25,920 nucleotides of DNA, taken from a virus. The DNA lies in the UHGV virus genome UHGV-0142838; one strand, 5' to 3'. The notes beneath the pieces are model-generated. The model was given only the letters and a program-made list of their open reading frames with translations. It made no database searches and was not told the DNA's origin. This document shows positions 8,794 through 19,074 of this stretch, one piece after another. The translations under genes were made by a program, and so were the position numbers. The stretch's first letter is position 1, and every line of letters starts with the position of its first letter.

Positions 8794-9249
8794 CTATCTC
8801 CTGTGATTCAGGAAGTCGATTAGTTCTTCGCGTGTGGCGCTGTAAAACGTCACGTCATCCACGCCTTTGAAGTATTTCTTGATGGTTCCTACACGCTTAA
8901 GGCCAATCATTGCGCAGTACATCTGCCCGTGGCGGAATTTGCGTGCAGCGAACGATGTGACGCACTGAACGGTGGTGTTAGTCAGAATGTATCGCCAGAA
9001 CGCCAGCCCGATTTCCTTGCTGAATCCGCGAATCTCTGGCAGGTACATGGCGTGGCAATCGAATGTAAGCGGCTGAATCTCCTGATAGTAAACAATGCCG
9101 CCGAACTGCCCGTGCACGTTCACCTCAAAGTAACGGCAATCAGGTTTGTAGTCGTATCCATCACCGTTGTTGCTCCCGGCAATAATGTCAGGGTGATTTC
9201 CTACTGCTTCGATCAGGTCGATGTTTCGCGTTGGTTTGAATGTAATCAT
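8794..9249 (-). CDS. P22 gp14-like protein
   Basis: 151-aa ORF between the tail needle and ejection genes; assigned by synteny. Confidence 0.65.
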   Translation of the reverse strand: MITFKPTRNIDLIEAVGNHPDIIAGSNNGDGYDYKPDCRYFEVNVHGQFGGIVYYQEIQPLTFDCHAMYLPEIRGFSKEIGLAFWRYILTNTTVQCVTSFAARKFRHGQMYCAMIGLKRVGTIKKYFKGVDDVTFYSATREELIDFLNHRR

Positions 9250-9950
9250 CAGTCAATCAGCCCATGTAATCTAAGTGCCGTTTCAAGCGCCAGAATACGC
9301 TGCCGCGCCTGCTGCAAACCTGTAGCGAGTGCTGCGACTTCGGATTGCGTGTACGTAGTGCCGACAGTGTATGACTGGTTAGCGTTGAATGCGCCGAGGA
9401 GTGCCGTTCCGGTTGCCGCTGTCCATCCTGTCTGACGAGCACCGATAACCTTGGTGCCGCCGACTGAATAGGATGTTGTTACGTTGAGGGGGGATGCCAG
9501 CGATTGTGTTGCTGTTGCTGTTTTCGATACGTAATCGTCCTGCAATGCAGAAATATTTCCTTCAGCCTCCGTCACTCTACCATCAAGAGCACTGACATCA
9601 GCCTGCAAGGTGACTATTTCACCTTCAGCCGTGGTTAGTCTGACATCCAGCGCTGCAATTGCCGCAGTATTCGCAGCAATACGGATTTCATGGTCATCTA
9701 CTTCAATGCGGAGCTGACGAATTCTTTCTTCGTGATCGACCAGAATCACATCCTGCTCATCGTTCCTGAATTGTGCGTCATAAGCGCCCTGTCCGGCCTC
9801 GTTGGCCTTGTTAGCCACGTTACCAACATCAGTGCCCTGTGCGATAACGTAAAGCAGATACGACTGCGAGAAGATATTGCGTGGAAGGATTGATGTATCG
9901 AGCCGCGTAGCCTGGATGATTACCGGCACATTGAGATTCGAATCCGCCAT
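9249..9950 (-). CDS. Tail needle protein, P22 gp26-like
   Basis: 233-aa [46 protein letters not shown]... with C-terminal [12 protein letters not shown]; same length as P22 gp26 and closely similar from memory. Confidence 0.9.
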   Translation of the reverse strand: MADSNLNVPVIIQATRLDTSILPRNIFSQSYLLYVIAQGTDVGNVANKANEAGQGAYDAQFRNDEQDVILVDHEERIRQLRIEVDDHEIRIAANTAAIAALDVRLTTAEGEIVTLQADVSALDGRVTEAEGNISALQDDYVSKTATATQSLASPLNVTTSYSVGGTKVIGARQTGWTAATGTALLGAFNANQSYTVGTTYTQSEVAALATGLQQARQRILALETALRLHGLID

Positions 9951-11368
9951 TACTCAATCCTTATCTGGCAGCCAGACAGAGTGACAGGTGACTTCGTGAT
10001 AACGCGCAATTTGAAGCCGACATTTTTCCTGATGCGCCCGACTCGCTTCCACAAAACGCGTTTGTCGTAAACGAACGGTTCATTCTGCTCAATCATCTGC
10101 TCACGCCCGTAATTGATGCCGTCAGTGGTTGCAGAGAGGAACAGGCGGTCTGCGTACTGCGCAACGCCAGTTGAAGATTCAACCTCAAGGTCGAACACCC
10201 GGGCGTTATCCGCTTTGAACAACGGAGTAAACAGCAGGTGTTCCTGCTGCTTGTCGTACTGGCTGCTGATATCGAACTGCAATTTCCCGGTCACGGATTC
10301 CAGCTTATCGCCGCACGTTATCTGATTGCCTTCGTAAATGAAGTCGATAGCGCGGTACACATCGTCATACAAGCCAGTTTTCAACACACACCATTGCGGA
10401 CCATTGGCGCTTGAAGATGCGTCGTACACGAGAACATGGCGCGGAAGGTGGATAATCAGCAACTCATGAGCATCAAATCGCAGCGATTCCATCACACCAT
10501 CAGCCAGCTCATCAGCAGTGTAGGAGCGGAGTATTTTCTCAATGCTCGCGCTGGCGATTGGTGATACCTGACCGGAACCGATGATGTACACAGACGGCGC
10601 ACCTGTTGCCGGATTGCTGATGAACGCATAAGAATCAGCGAATGGCGTTTTGCAGTAAGTCCCGGCAATGCCTTTCTGCACCATCAGCGATGGCTGTGCG
10701 ACATACAGAGCAGCACCAACAGTGGTTGCACCAGTCAGGGAGAAATATTCAATAGTCGATGAACCAAAGCAGACGATGAAGTCTCGCCATGTCCCGATAC
10801 CGATGATTCCGTCCGGCTGCGATTCTGCGCGATATTGTGCGCTGTAGCGGTCAGGATGCGATTCGTCTTCAAGGTCAGTGATAAACCATGAATCAGTTCC
10901 GTCTTTTGACCACGCATAACGCCCACGTAAGCGCGTAATGTCGCGAACCGAACCTAACTCATACTGCGTGAATCCGCTGTCTGCAGGCCAGTTTGAGACG
11001 GTTTTAACCGTGCCATCATAGCGATACTCAACCAGTTGACCATTAACGCCTACAGCCTGAGATGTTCGACCATGCGCCATTGATACGCGACCACTTCCGG
11101 CGACGTCACCGACTTCGCTTTCGCCTTTGTAGAGCTTGCCGCCACACACACGATAGACAGCATTCTGCGCCATGTTGTACTCGACGCCGCGCGATACACC
11201 GTTCACATCAGAGCGTTTGGCAATGCCCGGGAATGAGCGAAGATATCCGCTGCTGTTCAGGATTTCTTTGGGGGTTGCCAACATATTCACTGGCAGATAG
11301 TCGATATAGTCGGCGTTTCGAAAGTCTTTGCCGACACCTTTCATAAGCGGAAGTTGCTGAATCGGCAT
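9950..11368 (-). CDS. Tail hub protein, P22 gp10-like
   Basis: 472-aa ORF, same length as P22 gp10, between the gp4-like and gp26-like genes. Confidence 0.8.
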   Translation of the reverse strand: MPIQQLPLMKGVGKDFRNADYIDYLPVNMLATPKEILNSSGYLRSFPGIAKRSDVNGVSRGVEYNMAQNAVYRVCGGKLYKGESEVGDVAGSGRVSMAHGRTSQAVGVNGQLVEYRYDGTVKTVSNWPADSGFTQYELGSVRDITRLRGRYAWSKDGTDSWFITDLEDESHPDRYSAQYRAESQPDGIIGIGTWRDFIVCFGSSTIEYFSLTGATTVGAALYVAQPSLMVQKGIAGTYCKTPFADSYAFISNPATGAPSVYIIGSGQVSPIASASIEKILRSYTADELADGVMESLRFDAHELLIIHLPRHVLVYDASSSANGPQWCVLKTGLYDDVYRAIDFIYEGNQITCGDKLESVTGKLQFDISSQYDKQQEHLLFTPLFKADNARVFDLEVESSTGVAQYADRLFLSATTDGINYGREQMIEQNEPFVYDKRVLWKRVGRIRKNVGFKLRVITKSPVTLSGCQIRIE

Positions 11369-11377
11369 TTATTCACC

Positions 11378-11839
11378 TCACGTACTCGGATCATCTTTCT
11401 CGATGTAAAACCGATTCCACGTAAACGCGCTTTTGTTACCACTACCGCGAGGCATGTCATTTCTCCGCTCAAGTGGTGGTATTTTGGTTAAAGCGATACA
11501 GATTGTCTGATATGCACTGTCAGCAGCGGTAAGGAGAGCGTCTGACGGCTGAATGACGTTATCCATGCACACTTGCACAGCGAGTTTCAAAGCGACGCCA
11601 TCATTTGCCCATGCAGGGATACCTGAATCATCGTCAGGTAACGGCATGATGCCGTTTTCTGTATCAGCAAACTGATACCCAAGCTCGATACCTTTTGCCT
11701 GCCATGCTGCCATCATGTCTTCGAGGTCATTAATGGCATCTTCAATTGCCTGAGGGTCAGCATCTGTCAACGTGGCATTGGAATACAGCCCGGCTTTTCG
11801 TAAAGCCTTAAGAACGAGATCACCCTTCGTTTTCGCCAT
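11378..11839 (-). CDS. Head-to-tail adaptor, P22 gp4-like
   Basis: 153-aa ORF immediately downstream of the coat region and upstream of the gp10-like gene; synteny with P22/Sf6. Confidence 0.75.
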   Translation of the reverse strand: MAKTKGDLVLKALRKAGLYSNATLTDADPQAIEDAINDLEDMMAAWQAKGIELGYQFADTENGIMPLPDDDSGIPAWANDGVALKLAVQVCMDNVIQPSDALLTAADSAYQTICIALTKIPPLERRNDMPRGSGNKSAFTWNRFYIEKDDPST

Positions 11840-12008
11840 CTTCTTCCGCCTTAGCCACTTTTTGCTTCGTTGCGGTTTCTTCAGGAGTTTTTACCCAGCC
11901 TTTTTTCAGGTGAGATTTAACTTCTTCGTCATCAACAATGATGTAATCGACAGCAAACTGACCACAGGTGATCATGTTGCCCGGCTTATAGAGCATTGTT
12001 CGTGCCAT
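11820..12008 (-). CDS. Small hypothetical protein between coat and gp4-like genes
   Basis: ORF track 11820..12044 uses a GTG start. First ATG at 12008 with GGGAGAA 4 nt upstream gives 62 aa (MARTMLYKPGNMITCGQFAVDYIIVDDEEV...). Overlaps the gp4-like start by 20 nt. Function unknown. Confidence 0.45.
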   Translation of the reverse strand: MARTMLYKPGNMITCGQFAVDYIIVDDEEVKSHLKKGWVKTPEETATKQKVAKAEEDGENEG

Positions 12009-12028
12009 TGTCTTCTCCCAATAAAAAT

Positions 12029-12042
12029 GGGGCCGAAGCCCC
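12029..12042 (-). terminator. Putative intrinsic terminator/attenuator just after the coat gene
   Basis: Seen in sequence: minus-strand GGGGC-UUCG-GCCCC (5-bp GC stem, UUCG tetraloop) 7 nt past the coat stop, followed by AUUUUUAU. Confidence 0.5.
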
Positions 12043-12049
12043 ACCTAAA

Positions 12050-13303
12050 TTACTGCCCGGCAATAACGATGCCCGTATATTCAGGAACCAGTACAGAGCA
12101 ACCGTACAGAGTGGTGAAACGCGCAGTGGTTACGCCTTTGATGTGGTCGAAGGCGTAAGACATGATCAGCGTAGCGCCCTGCTCGGTGGTTGCCGTCATT
12201 ACCTGTGGACCCTGACCAGTCGGGAACGCCAGTTTGCCGTACATCAGCTCAACAGAACCATCAGCCCAGAACAGGTTAGCAGGTGCTGCGTTCTTGTTGA
12301 GAATGGTGATTGCTGCTGATTCTGCCGGTTTGGCATCGACGTTTGCATATGGACGACTCGCAACATCGGCATTTTCAACAGGGAGAATCTTTGGAGAGAT
12401 TGTTACGGTAGTTCCGCTAACAGCCAGAACACGGAATACCTGCGGTTGCCCGGTGGTATCTTTTGTGATCTGGTGTACGGAATTCACACCGGCAATGGTG
12501 AACGCATCACCAACCTGCAAGCCAGATGCAGATACCGTAATAGTCCCCTGTCGGTTATCAACTGGCATACCATTTGAATCTTTCGCTTCAACCTTGTGTT
12601 CAGGTTGGCCTGATACTGTCAAGGATTCAGCGCTTCCTTTCGGTAATCGACCAGAAATATCGGTCTTGTAGCTATCAAAGGAAGCAACCGGAGGGATCTG
12701 CGCTTTTTCGTATGCTGTCAGGGTTGCGCCCTGAGCGTAGGCACGGTGACCAAGCTCGCCAGCAAGGTCTTTGTAGTTGAAGGGGTTCCAGAAAGAGCGA
12801 CGGTTGATACCCTGAGGTACACCAATCGCCGTCATGGTGGCATCAATACCTGCCGCACAGTTCCACAAATCACGGCCCTGTGTACCTGTGGTTGAGTCAG
12901 ACATTGTGATCACGTTAGTAGCACGCTGCGTAACCATGGAAATCAGGTCAGAGTCAATCTGTGCAGCAAGGCGCATACCTGCGGCGCGACCAGCTTCAGT
13001 TTTATGTTCAGGGTCACGCATTTCACGCGCATCCAGAGTGTACAGAATGTTTTTCGGCTCCTTGAACACAGAAGGAACAAGGCGCTGAACCAGTGCTGTT
13101 GGCGTTTTGCCGCTGAGGTCTAGGCCCTCCTCAATGTTCATGTGGTAATGCTGCGGACGATACAGAACATCACCTGCTCGCTGCATTGCTGTATCACCGG
13201 GACGGAATTTTTTAGCGTTACGGGAAACTACGCAGGCGGCCTCAAAGCCTTCAACGTAGTTTTCGAACATGATTTCAAGGTCTTTTGCTAATTGGTTAGC
13301 CAT
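12050..13303 (-). CDS. Major capsid (coat) protein, P22/Sf6-like
   Basis: 417-aa ORF between scaffold and gp4-like genes; size and position fit the P22-like coat protein. Sequence differs from P22 gp5, so assignment rests on synteny. Confidence 0.8.
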   Translation of the reverse strand: MANQLAKDLEIMFENYVEGFEAACVVSRNAKKFRPGDTAMQRAGDVLYRPQHYHMNIEEGLDLSGKTPTALVQRLVPSVFKEPKNILYTLDAREMRDPEHKTEAGRAAGMRLAAQIDSDLISMVTQRATNVITMSDSTTGTQGRDLWNCAAGIDATMTAIGVPQGINRRSFWNPFNYKDLAGELGHRAYAQGATLTAYEKAQIPPVASFDSYKTDISGRLPKGSAESLTVSGQPEHKVEAKDSNGMPVDNRQGTITVSASGLQVGDAFTIAGVNSVHQITKDTTGQPQVFRVLAVSGTTVTISPKILPVENADVASRPYANVDAKPAESAAITILNKNAAPANLFWADGSVELMYGKLAFPTGQGPQVMTATTEQGATLIMSYAFDHIKGVTTARFTTLYGCSVLVPEYTGIVIAGQ

Positions 13304-13321
13304 GCTTAATGCTCCGATAGG

Positions 13322-14215
13322 TTATTTTTTTGCCTTTTTAGCGGCGAAATACGGCGTCCAGTCACCACTTTCCAGCGCCTTGGCTTTCAGTTTGTCGAGG
13401 TTGTTGATTACTGCGCCGTTGCTCCCCTTAACTGTCGGGGTTGTGGCTGCCGTGGTTTTTGCTTTTGGCATGATTCTGGCCTTCGATTCGATACGTTCCA
13501 GCAGACGACCAATTGCTACGGGGTTGGTAGCTTCTGCCAGTTGCTTGCGCAGTTCAGCGTTGCGACCGAGCGCCAGAACAACGATTTCCGGCTTCTCTGA
13601 CTCAAACAGGATCGCGTTTTGTGTCTCGATGGGGATTTCCTCGAGTACGGCCTGTTCTGCTTCCTGATAGCCAGGAACCTTGAGAGCCTTAACACGTTGC
13701 TGATATTTGGATAATCGCTCTTGATAGGCAGCCTGAAGCTCCTGCTCCTTCTGCTTGCGAGTCATTTCCTGTTGCTGGTACTTTCCGTTATCCTCTGCCC
13801 ACTTAGCCATGCGTTGCTGGTAGATTTCTTCATCGAAACCGATGTCCTCATCGTCCAGTTTTGGCATTCGCGGTGGTTGAGTGATTACCGGCTGCTGCTC
13901 GACGGGTTTCTGAGACTGACGCATCAGCTCTTTCAGCTCGCGGTCTTTCTCTTTAATCGTCTTGCGCAGGTGTTTTACCAGTCCATGCTCTGCGCTATCT
14001 TCGCTGGTTGGCGAATCCAGCTTTTCGTCACCAAAGTAGAATTCCTGTTCTGATTCGTCGTCATCAGTTTCAGTAGCTTCCTCTGCATCATTGCCGGAGG
14101 ACTCACTGCCATCTTCTGTTTCGACTTCTTCAGCCAGTTCGACATCATCAGGAATCTGCTCTGACGCGTCGGTTTCGATTTCAACTTCTGGTGTGTTTTC
14201 TGCCATCTGGTCCAT
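13322..14215 (-). CDS. Scaffolding protein
   Basis: 297-aa ORF, very acidic N-terminus, charged coiled-coil-like body and basic C-terminal tail; between portal and coat as in P22 gp8 (303 aa). AGGGG 6 nt upstream of ATG 14215. Confidence 0.8.
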   Translation of the reverse strand: MDQMAENTPEVEIETDASEQIPDDVELAEEVETEDGSESSGNDAEEATETDDDESEQEFYFGDEKLDSPTSEDSAEHGLVKHLRKTIKEKDRELKELMRQSQKPVEQQPVITQPPRMPKLDDEDIGFDEEIYQQRMAKWAEDNGKYQQQEMTRKQKEQELQAAYQERLSKYQQRVKALKVPGYQEAEQAVLEEIPIETQNAILFESEKPEIVVLALGRNAELRKQLAEATNPVAIGRLLERIESKARIMPKAKTTAATTPTVKGSNGAVINNLDKLKAKALESGDWTPYFAAKKAKK

Positions 14216-14305
14216 TTGTTACCCCTGTTTACTCGATGTTCAGCCCATCGGAAGGCAATAGGGTGCCAGGCCTCATAAAGACAGCCATTGCACGTTATGG
14301 GTTAA

Positions 14306-16504
14306 TTACTGCTGTGGTTGTTGCTGAGTTGATTTTTGCAGGATGCTGCTGATGTCCATGCGCTGCGCATGTCCCTGTGCCTGACTTTTCAGGACAAGCT
14401 CTGCATCAGCACGGGCATTGTCTCCTTGCTGTTGCTGGAACTGTCCGAGCAGTTTCAGAGCCTCGCGGATATCAGATTTCTGCTGGCTATCGGCAGATGC
14501 GAGGATTTTCACAACGTTTGCCGCTGCAACCTGAGCATCAGTCTGTGCCTGGAATGCTTTAACCTGAATGGCTGCCTGTTCGTTCTGCGCTTTCTGCAAT
14601 TCAGCCTGACCAGCAAGAAGCTGACCTTGCGCTGCAACCATAGCCGGATCTGGCTGACTGGCCTGTTGTTGTTTCGCCTGTTCAACCATCTGCTGTTCTT
14701 CAGGCGTTCTCGGCTTGATAACGCCAGACAGAAGCAACTGATTGCGGTTGTATTCTTTCAGGTCGTCCATCCCTTCGCCGTCCATATTGTCGAGAATCAT
14801 CGACGATACAAGGTCATGCTTCGGCGTTCCTGGCGGGATAAGTGCCAGCATGGAAAGTAACGACTTAACCGTTGCATCACGGCGAGTAGCGAACGACTGA
14901 CCGACATCGACAGTCACTTCATAGTTACCCTGCGAAAGGTCGTTAAGCGCGATAACCTTCCCTGTCTGACGGTCAACCACTTCACCAGTCATCAGCGCCA
15001 CGTCATCGCTGCCATCCTCATTAACGATGCGCATCGGCGTATCACTGCCATAGACCTCACGCGCCATAGAAAGCCACACAACGCCAGCGCGGCGCATGGA
15101 TTTAGCCATGTTGTCCATGTAGATATAGGACTGCGTGTCCATCCGGTTAAAAATGCTATCAACGGTATCGGTGGCGACGTTGCTCGGCATGTTCTCAAGC
15201 TGCGACGCACCTGTAATTTGCTGAATAGCCGTCCCGGTGTACTGCAATAGCCCGGCAAGAGCTGGAGGCATTTGTGTCGGAGGCGTATAACTGCTGACCT
15301 GAGCCTGCGCAGTAATATCTCCGTTTTTGTTTTTCAGACTGACCATCGGCAGGAACGCCGGGCGCTTTTTGTTGCGCTCCGCCCAATGATTGGCGAGAGG
15401 ACCAGGAATCATGTCAACATCAACTACAGGAATGCCATCACCGCCAGCCTGAGTAGCGTTATCTGCGATCATAGAAACCATCAGGTTCTCAAGACGCTGT
15501 GCATCCATCGCTTTTGCTGCGTGGCCTTCTATTCGCTCCTGATTATCAACAAATGAGCGACGCCCATATACCGGGATGAGAGGAATATGTTCGCCCGGAA
15601 TACGCTTCGGTTCTTCCAGCCATTCAGCGCCAGACAGAAGACCGCAATAAACGCGGCGCTTCTTCACCGTTCGCTCGCCAATCAGTTCGAATGCACCATC
15701 GGTCAGCTCGTCGACAATATCTTTGATTTGCTCTTCATCATAGATTGCCGTTTCTCCGCTGACAGGGTTACGCCATGCTGTGAGCTTCACCTTCTCTATG
15801 CGGACTTCGTAGTAACGTCCAACATAGATGGCATCGGGAGTTGACCAGTCATATTGAGTGCCAGTGTCATCACGAGAAAGGCTTGCCGCGATGGAATCAG
15901 GGTATTCAGCCTCGAACGCTTTAGGCGTCATGGAGAACATTTCCATAGCCCACATAGCATCAGAGCGGTCATATTGCTTGCTGTCCTGATCGAAGAAGAC
16001 GCATGTCGCTGGGTCATAAACAGGAAGAAGGCTGATGCGGCGCTGCTCGTTACTCGGATCCATTTCATCTTCGTAATCGGCACACATGCGGAAACAACCG
16101 AATCCGCCCGTTACAGCATCATCAAATGCGTTATCACACGCTTCACCACCGGATGTTTCCTGATAGTCAGCGCGGAATTTGCCGTTCATCTTTTCGGCTA
16201 ACGCTTCCGATGCCTTATCGTCCTTCGGCCTGAATTTAACGCTGATGCGATTCTGTCGATACTCGCCAATGATGCGATCACATTCACGGGCAATCTTATT
16301 CAGTTCAAAGCGCGGGTAATGCTCAAACCTGCCTTCATCAAATGAGTAACCAGCGTTTGTGCTGCCTTCCCACTGTGCTCCGGATACCCGGACGAAACGT
16401 TGAGCCTCAATAATCTGCTCACGCATATCCTGCGTTGCTGACCAGGCATTATCAAAGTTGCACAGCACCTTGCGATGCCAGTCAGTCATCTTTTTTTCTG
16501 CCAT
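14306..16504 (-). CDS. Portal protein, P22 gp1-like
   Basis: 732-aa ORF; Q/A-rich C-terminal helical region resembling the P22 portal barrel; downstream of the terminase large subunit. Confidence 0.9.
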   Translation of the reverse strand: MAEKKMTDWHRKVLCNFDNAWSATQDMREQIIEAQRFVRVSGAQWEGSTNAGYSFDEGRFEHYPRFELNKIARECDRIIGEYRQNRISVKFRPKDDKASEALAEKMNGKFRADYQETSGGEACDNAFDDAVTGGFGCFRMCADYEDEMDPSNEQRRISLLPVYDPATCVFFDQDSKQYDRSDAMWAMEMFSMTPKAFEAEYPDSIAASLSRDDTGTQYDWSTPDAIYVGRYYEVRIEKVKLTAWRNPVSGETAIYDEEQIKDIVDELTDGAFELIGERTVKKRRVYCGLLSGAEWLEEPKRIPGEHIPLIPVYGRRSFVDNQERIEGHAAKAMDAQRLENLMVSMIADNATQAGGDGIPVVDVDMIPGPLANHWAERNKKRPAFLPMVSLKNKNGDITAQAQVSSYTPPTQMPPALAGLLQYTGTAIQQITGASQLENMPSNVATDTVDSIFNRMDTQSYIYMDNMAKSMRRAGVVWLSMAREVYGSDTPMRIVNEDGSDDVALMTGEVVDRQTGKVIALNDLSQGNYEVTVDVGQSFATRRDATVKSLLSMLALIPPGTPKHDLVSSMILDNMDGEGMDDLKEYNRNQLLLSGVIKPRTPEEQQMVEQAKQQQASQPDPAMVAAQGQLLAGQAELQKAQNEQAAIQVKAFQAQTDAQVAAANVVKILASADSQQKSDIREALKLLGQFQQQQGDNARADAELVLKSQAQGHAQRMDISSILQKSTQQQPQQ

Positions 16505-16505
16505 A

Positions 16506-17921
16506 TCAACCTACACCACAAGGAATTGAGTAACTGGAATAGTCGGGTTGCGCAGCCGACTCCGGGCAATGCATACACATCATCAGCGCATCAGCCAGGT
16601 TAGGAGATGGAATACCGAGCTTCTGCTTCATTTCGACCTTAGTCATTAGCTCCAGCTTCCCGTTGTTATTGAATTTGCGCTGAATCTGCGTCAGTTCTGC
16701 AAACAGCTTCTCCAGCATCTTCTCGCCTATCGCTTCTTTGTCGAAACTCAGCATGTCGTCGGGGTCTGCATACTCACCGTGAACAACCGCCCGATATGTC
16801 AGATACAGCCTGTCAGCCAGCGCGTAATAGAATTGCGCTCGCTTATTGCGGAACACATCGCCAATAGTGCGAACGTTGTCGCCCTGTACGACTTCATCAG
16901 CCCATGCCCCGGCCTGATACGGCGCATCTTCATCGAATGGCGATTCGCTACCCTTGAACATCGTGGCGGTGATTTTCTTGCCGGAGAACGCTTCCGCTGT
17001 CTGTCTGCGTAGCCCAGCACCAACACCATCACCATCCCACAGGTAATGGTCAGCGCCGTCTTCAATCGCCAGCGAAGTAGCCCAGTCAGCACCCTCGTTG
17101 ATGTCCATCAGCAGACCTTCGGCAATACGCTTAACTACCGAACCGTGGCGCGATGCATAACCTTTGGCATCCGGCCCTGTATCTGATGGGTCATGCGCAG
17201 AGACAACAGCGCCTTTCGCTTTCCATCCGAGTTTCTTGTGCGCATCGGTTGCGGCTTCAAGCCATTCACGTTTGATGATTGCCATATCACTTGCGCTCAC
17301 TGGCTCACCAAGCCAGATGTGACGATACAGTGTCGGATTTCTGCGTTTGCACTCTTCCATCTCCAGACGGAGGACTTCAGGAAAGTGCGGGTTGTCGGTG
17401 TAGTTCACCGTCAGCAGACAAATATCATCGGGAGGGTTTACTACGAATCGCTGATAGGTATCGTCGAGGATGTTTTTCGGGTTGAAGCTCACCCATATTT
17501 CGGAAAACGGCTTGCGGATGGTTGGTATCAGGATATCCCATGATTCCTTCGTTACCGCTTCCGCTTCCTCCACCCAGCAGATATCAATACCTTCGAGCGA
17601 TTTAATCTTCGTCGGGTTGTTTTTGATGCCGTAGAACATGAATTCAGCGTTCGTTCCGAGATGACGAATCATTGAACGCTGAATTTCAAACTCAGCCGAA
17701 TACCCTTCCCGCTCTATGGTGTCTTCAAGCAGTCGGATTACCGAATCGCTGATACTGTTTTGCAGTTCACGAGCGCAAAGAATACGCACAGGCTGCCGAC
17801 GTGCCGCCTCAACAAGCAGCCTCGCAATTGCCCATGATTTACCGCTACCTCGACCGCCTTTGGCGACTTTGTAGCGATGCGCCTCAATGAACGGTTCAAA
17901 GATAGGATTAATCGAGGTCAT
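16506..17921 (-). CDS. Terminase large subunit
   Basis: 471-aa ORF with Walker A-like KVAKGGRGSGKSW near the N-terminus and nuclease-like acidic motifs later; ATGA overlap with the small subunit gene. Confidence 0.9.
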   Translation of the reverse strand: MTSINPIFEPFIEAHRYKVAKGGRGSGKSWAIARLLVEAARRQPVRILCARELQNSISDSVIRLLEDTIEREGYSAEFEIQRSMIRHLGTNAEFMFYGIKNNPTKIKSLEGIDICWVEEAEAVTKESWDILIPTIRKPFSEIWVSFNPKNILDDTYQRFVVNPPDDICLLTVNYTDNPHFPEVLRLEMEECKRRNPTLYRHIWLGEPVSASDMAIIKREWLEAATDAHKKLGWKAKGAVVSAHDPSDTGPDAKGYASRHGSVVKRIAEGLLMDINEGADWATSLAIEDGADHYLWDGDGVGAGLRRQTAEAFSGKKITATMFKGSESPFDEDAPYQAGAWADEVVQGDNVRTIGDVFRNKRAQFYYALADRLYLTYRAVVHGEYADPDDMLSFDKEAIGEKMLEKLFAELTQIQRKFNNNGKLELMTKVEMKQKLGIPSPNLADALMMCMHCPESAAQPDYSSYSIPCGVG

Positions 17922-18358
17922 TTTCCGAATAGAGTGCTCATCGGTGATGTTTCAATCTGGATTGCGCCGCCGTCTTTGCCTGTTAGCTCGTGATCAACCT
18001 TGTCGCGCCATTTATCCTTCTGTCTGTTCTTAAGCCAGAAGATGGCAGCTGTTGTATCAGGCGGGTAATACTTCTCAAGCGGAGTTTCGACAATTCTGTT
18101 TTCAATAACACGAATATCGATATCTGGAGCCACGAAGCCCATAGCGCGTTGATAAAGACGATCACTAACTTCTGCATCAGCGACGGACTTACCCTTTTTT
18201 ATGGACTCCGAAAACTTAGGATAATCAAGCTTCCACTTGTTAATAGTTGACTCACTGACTTCAAAGAAATCAGCAAGTTCTGCGTCTGTATAGCCCAGCA
18301 AGCACAGTTTGCGTGCCTGTTCGGCATACGCCTCTTGATACTTTGTTGGGCGCGCCAT
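17918..18358 (-). CDS. Terminase small subunit, Sf6 gp1-like
   Basis: 146-aa ORF; C-terminus TGKDGGAIQIETSPMSTLFGK matches the Sf6 small terminase as I recall it; immediately upstream of the large subunit. Confidence 0.85.
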   Translation of the reverse strand: MARPTKYQEAYAEQARKLCLLGYTDAELADFFEVSESTINKWKLDYPKFSESIKKGKSVADAEVSDRLYQRAMGFVAPDIDIRVIENRIVETPLEKYYPPDTTAAIFWLKNRQKDKWRDKVDHELTGKDGGAIQIETSPMSTLFGK

Positions 18359-18360
18359 GT

Positions 18361-18603
18361 TTATGCTCCGGTAGTGAACAGGTCTAACGCTTCCTTCGAT
18401 TTACGCACCGCTTCGATAGTTCGGGTCGTGATATCTGAATTAGCGCCGCCTGACTGGAAGTGAATTTTGAATAGCTCAAGCTTCAGCTCGTCAGTGCCAA
18501 TGAACTGAAATGCTTCTTCTGCGGCTGCGTTCTGGTTCATGACCAGTTTGTAAATCTCTAACTGGAATTTCTGTTCTTCAGTCATGGGAATAATCTCTGC
18601 CAT
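18361..18603 (-). CDS. Hypothetical protein (80 aa) upstream of the terminase small subunit
   Basis: 80-aa ORF ending 2 nt before the small terminase start; I recall an 80-codon ORF at this position in P22, but I am not certain. Confidence 0.6.
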   Translation of the reverse strand: MAEIIPMTEEQKFQLEIYKLVMNQNAAAEEAFQFIGTDELKLELFKIHFQSGGANSDITTRTIEAVRKSKEALDLFTTGA

Positions 18604-18709
18604 TGTTGGCTCCGTTTATCCGTTAAAAGGGATATCAGTTAAGTTATCCCGTGTAGGGTATAAGCCATTATCAAAGCCACTCTGTAGGGAATGGCTTTTG
18701 TGATGGCAA

Positions 18710-18732
18710 TAAAAAAGGCCGCCTGAGCGACC
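18710..18732 (-). terminator. Putative intrinsic terminator after the 61-aa ORF
   Basis: Seen in sequence: minus-strand 6-bp stem (one G-U pair) with 4-nt loop followed by UUUUUUAUU, about 10 nt past the stop at 18743. Confidence 0.35.
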
Positions 18733-18742
18733 TGTTAGTTGT

Positions 18743-18928
18743 TCACAACTTCCATTGAAGGTCCAGCATGTCGAAAAATGATCCGCATTTAGGGGGATTT
18801 TCCATTCTTGCCCTCTCTTCAGCCGCTTTGTAATAAGCCATTGGCCTTTTCACACCATCAGCACCAGTGATGTATTCAACGCCTTCCTTCGGATCTTTGT
18901 TTACTGAAACCATCGCAACCTCTTCCAC
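18743..18928 (-). CDS. Hypothetical small protein (61 aa)
   Basis: ORF MEEVAMVSVNKDPKEGVEYITGADGVKRPMAYYKAAEERARMENPPKCGSFFDMLDLQWKL; own intergenic spacers on both sides; no family recognised. Could be non-coding. Confidence 0.4.
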   Translation of the reverse strand: MEEVAMVSVNKDPKEGVEYITGADGVKRPMAYYKAAEERARMENPPKCGSFFDMLDLQWKL

Positions 18929-19074
18929 TTGTTCATCATCGATTCAGCGGATGTCTTTCCATCAGTCCGCCACCACAAAGAATCTTTTTTGCCATAAGGC
19001 TGGAGGTTCATCTTTCAGTGGCTGCCAGTGTTATTTCCCCACTTACTGGCTTGGGTTGCTTCGTGGTACTGCTG

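Noticed and set aside
8929-9435. 168-codon plus-strand ORF antisense to the gp14-like and gp26-like genes
   Set aside because: Lies entirely within well-supported minus-strand genes, has no recognisable domain or ribosome-binding site, and long antisense ORFs are expected by chance in GC-balanced coding DNA.
14336-14860. 174-codon plus-strand ORF antisense to the portal gene, plus similar antisense ORFs at 15272-15556, 15587-15844 and 15854-16201
   Set aside because: Nested antisense to a confident portal gene; Cys/Leu/Arg-rich low-complexity translations typical of the wrong frame.
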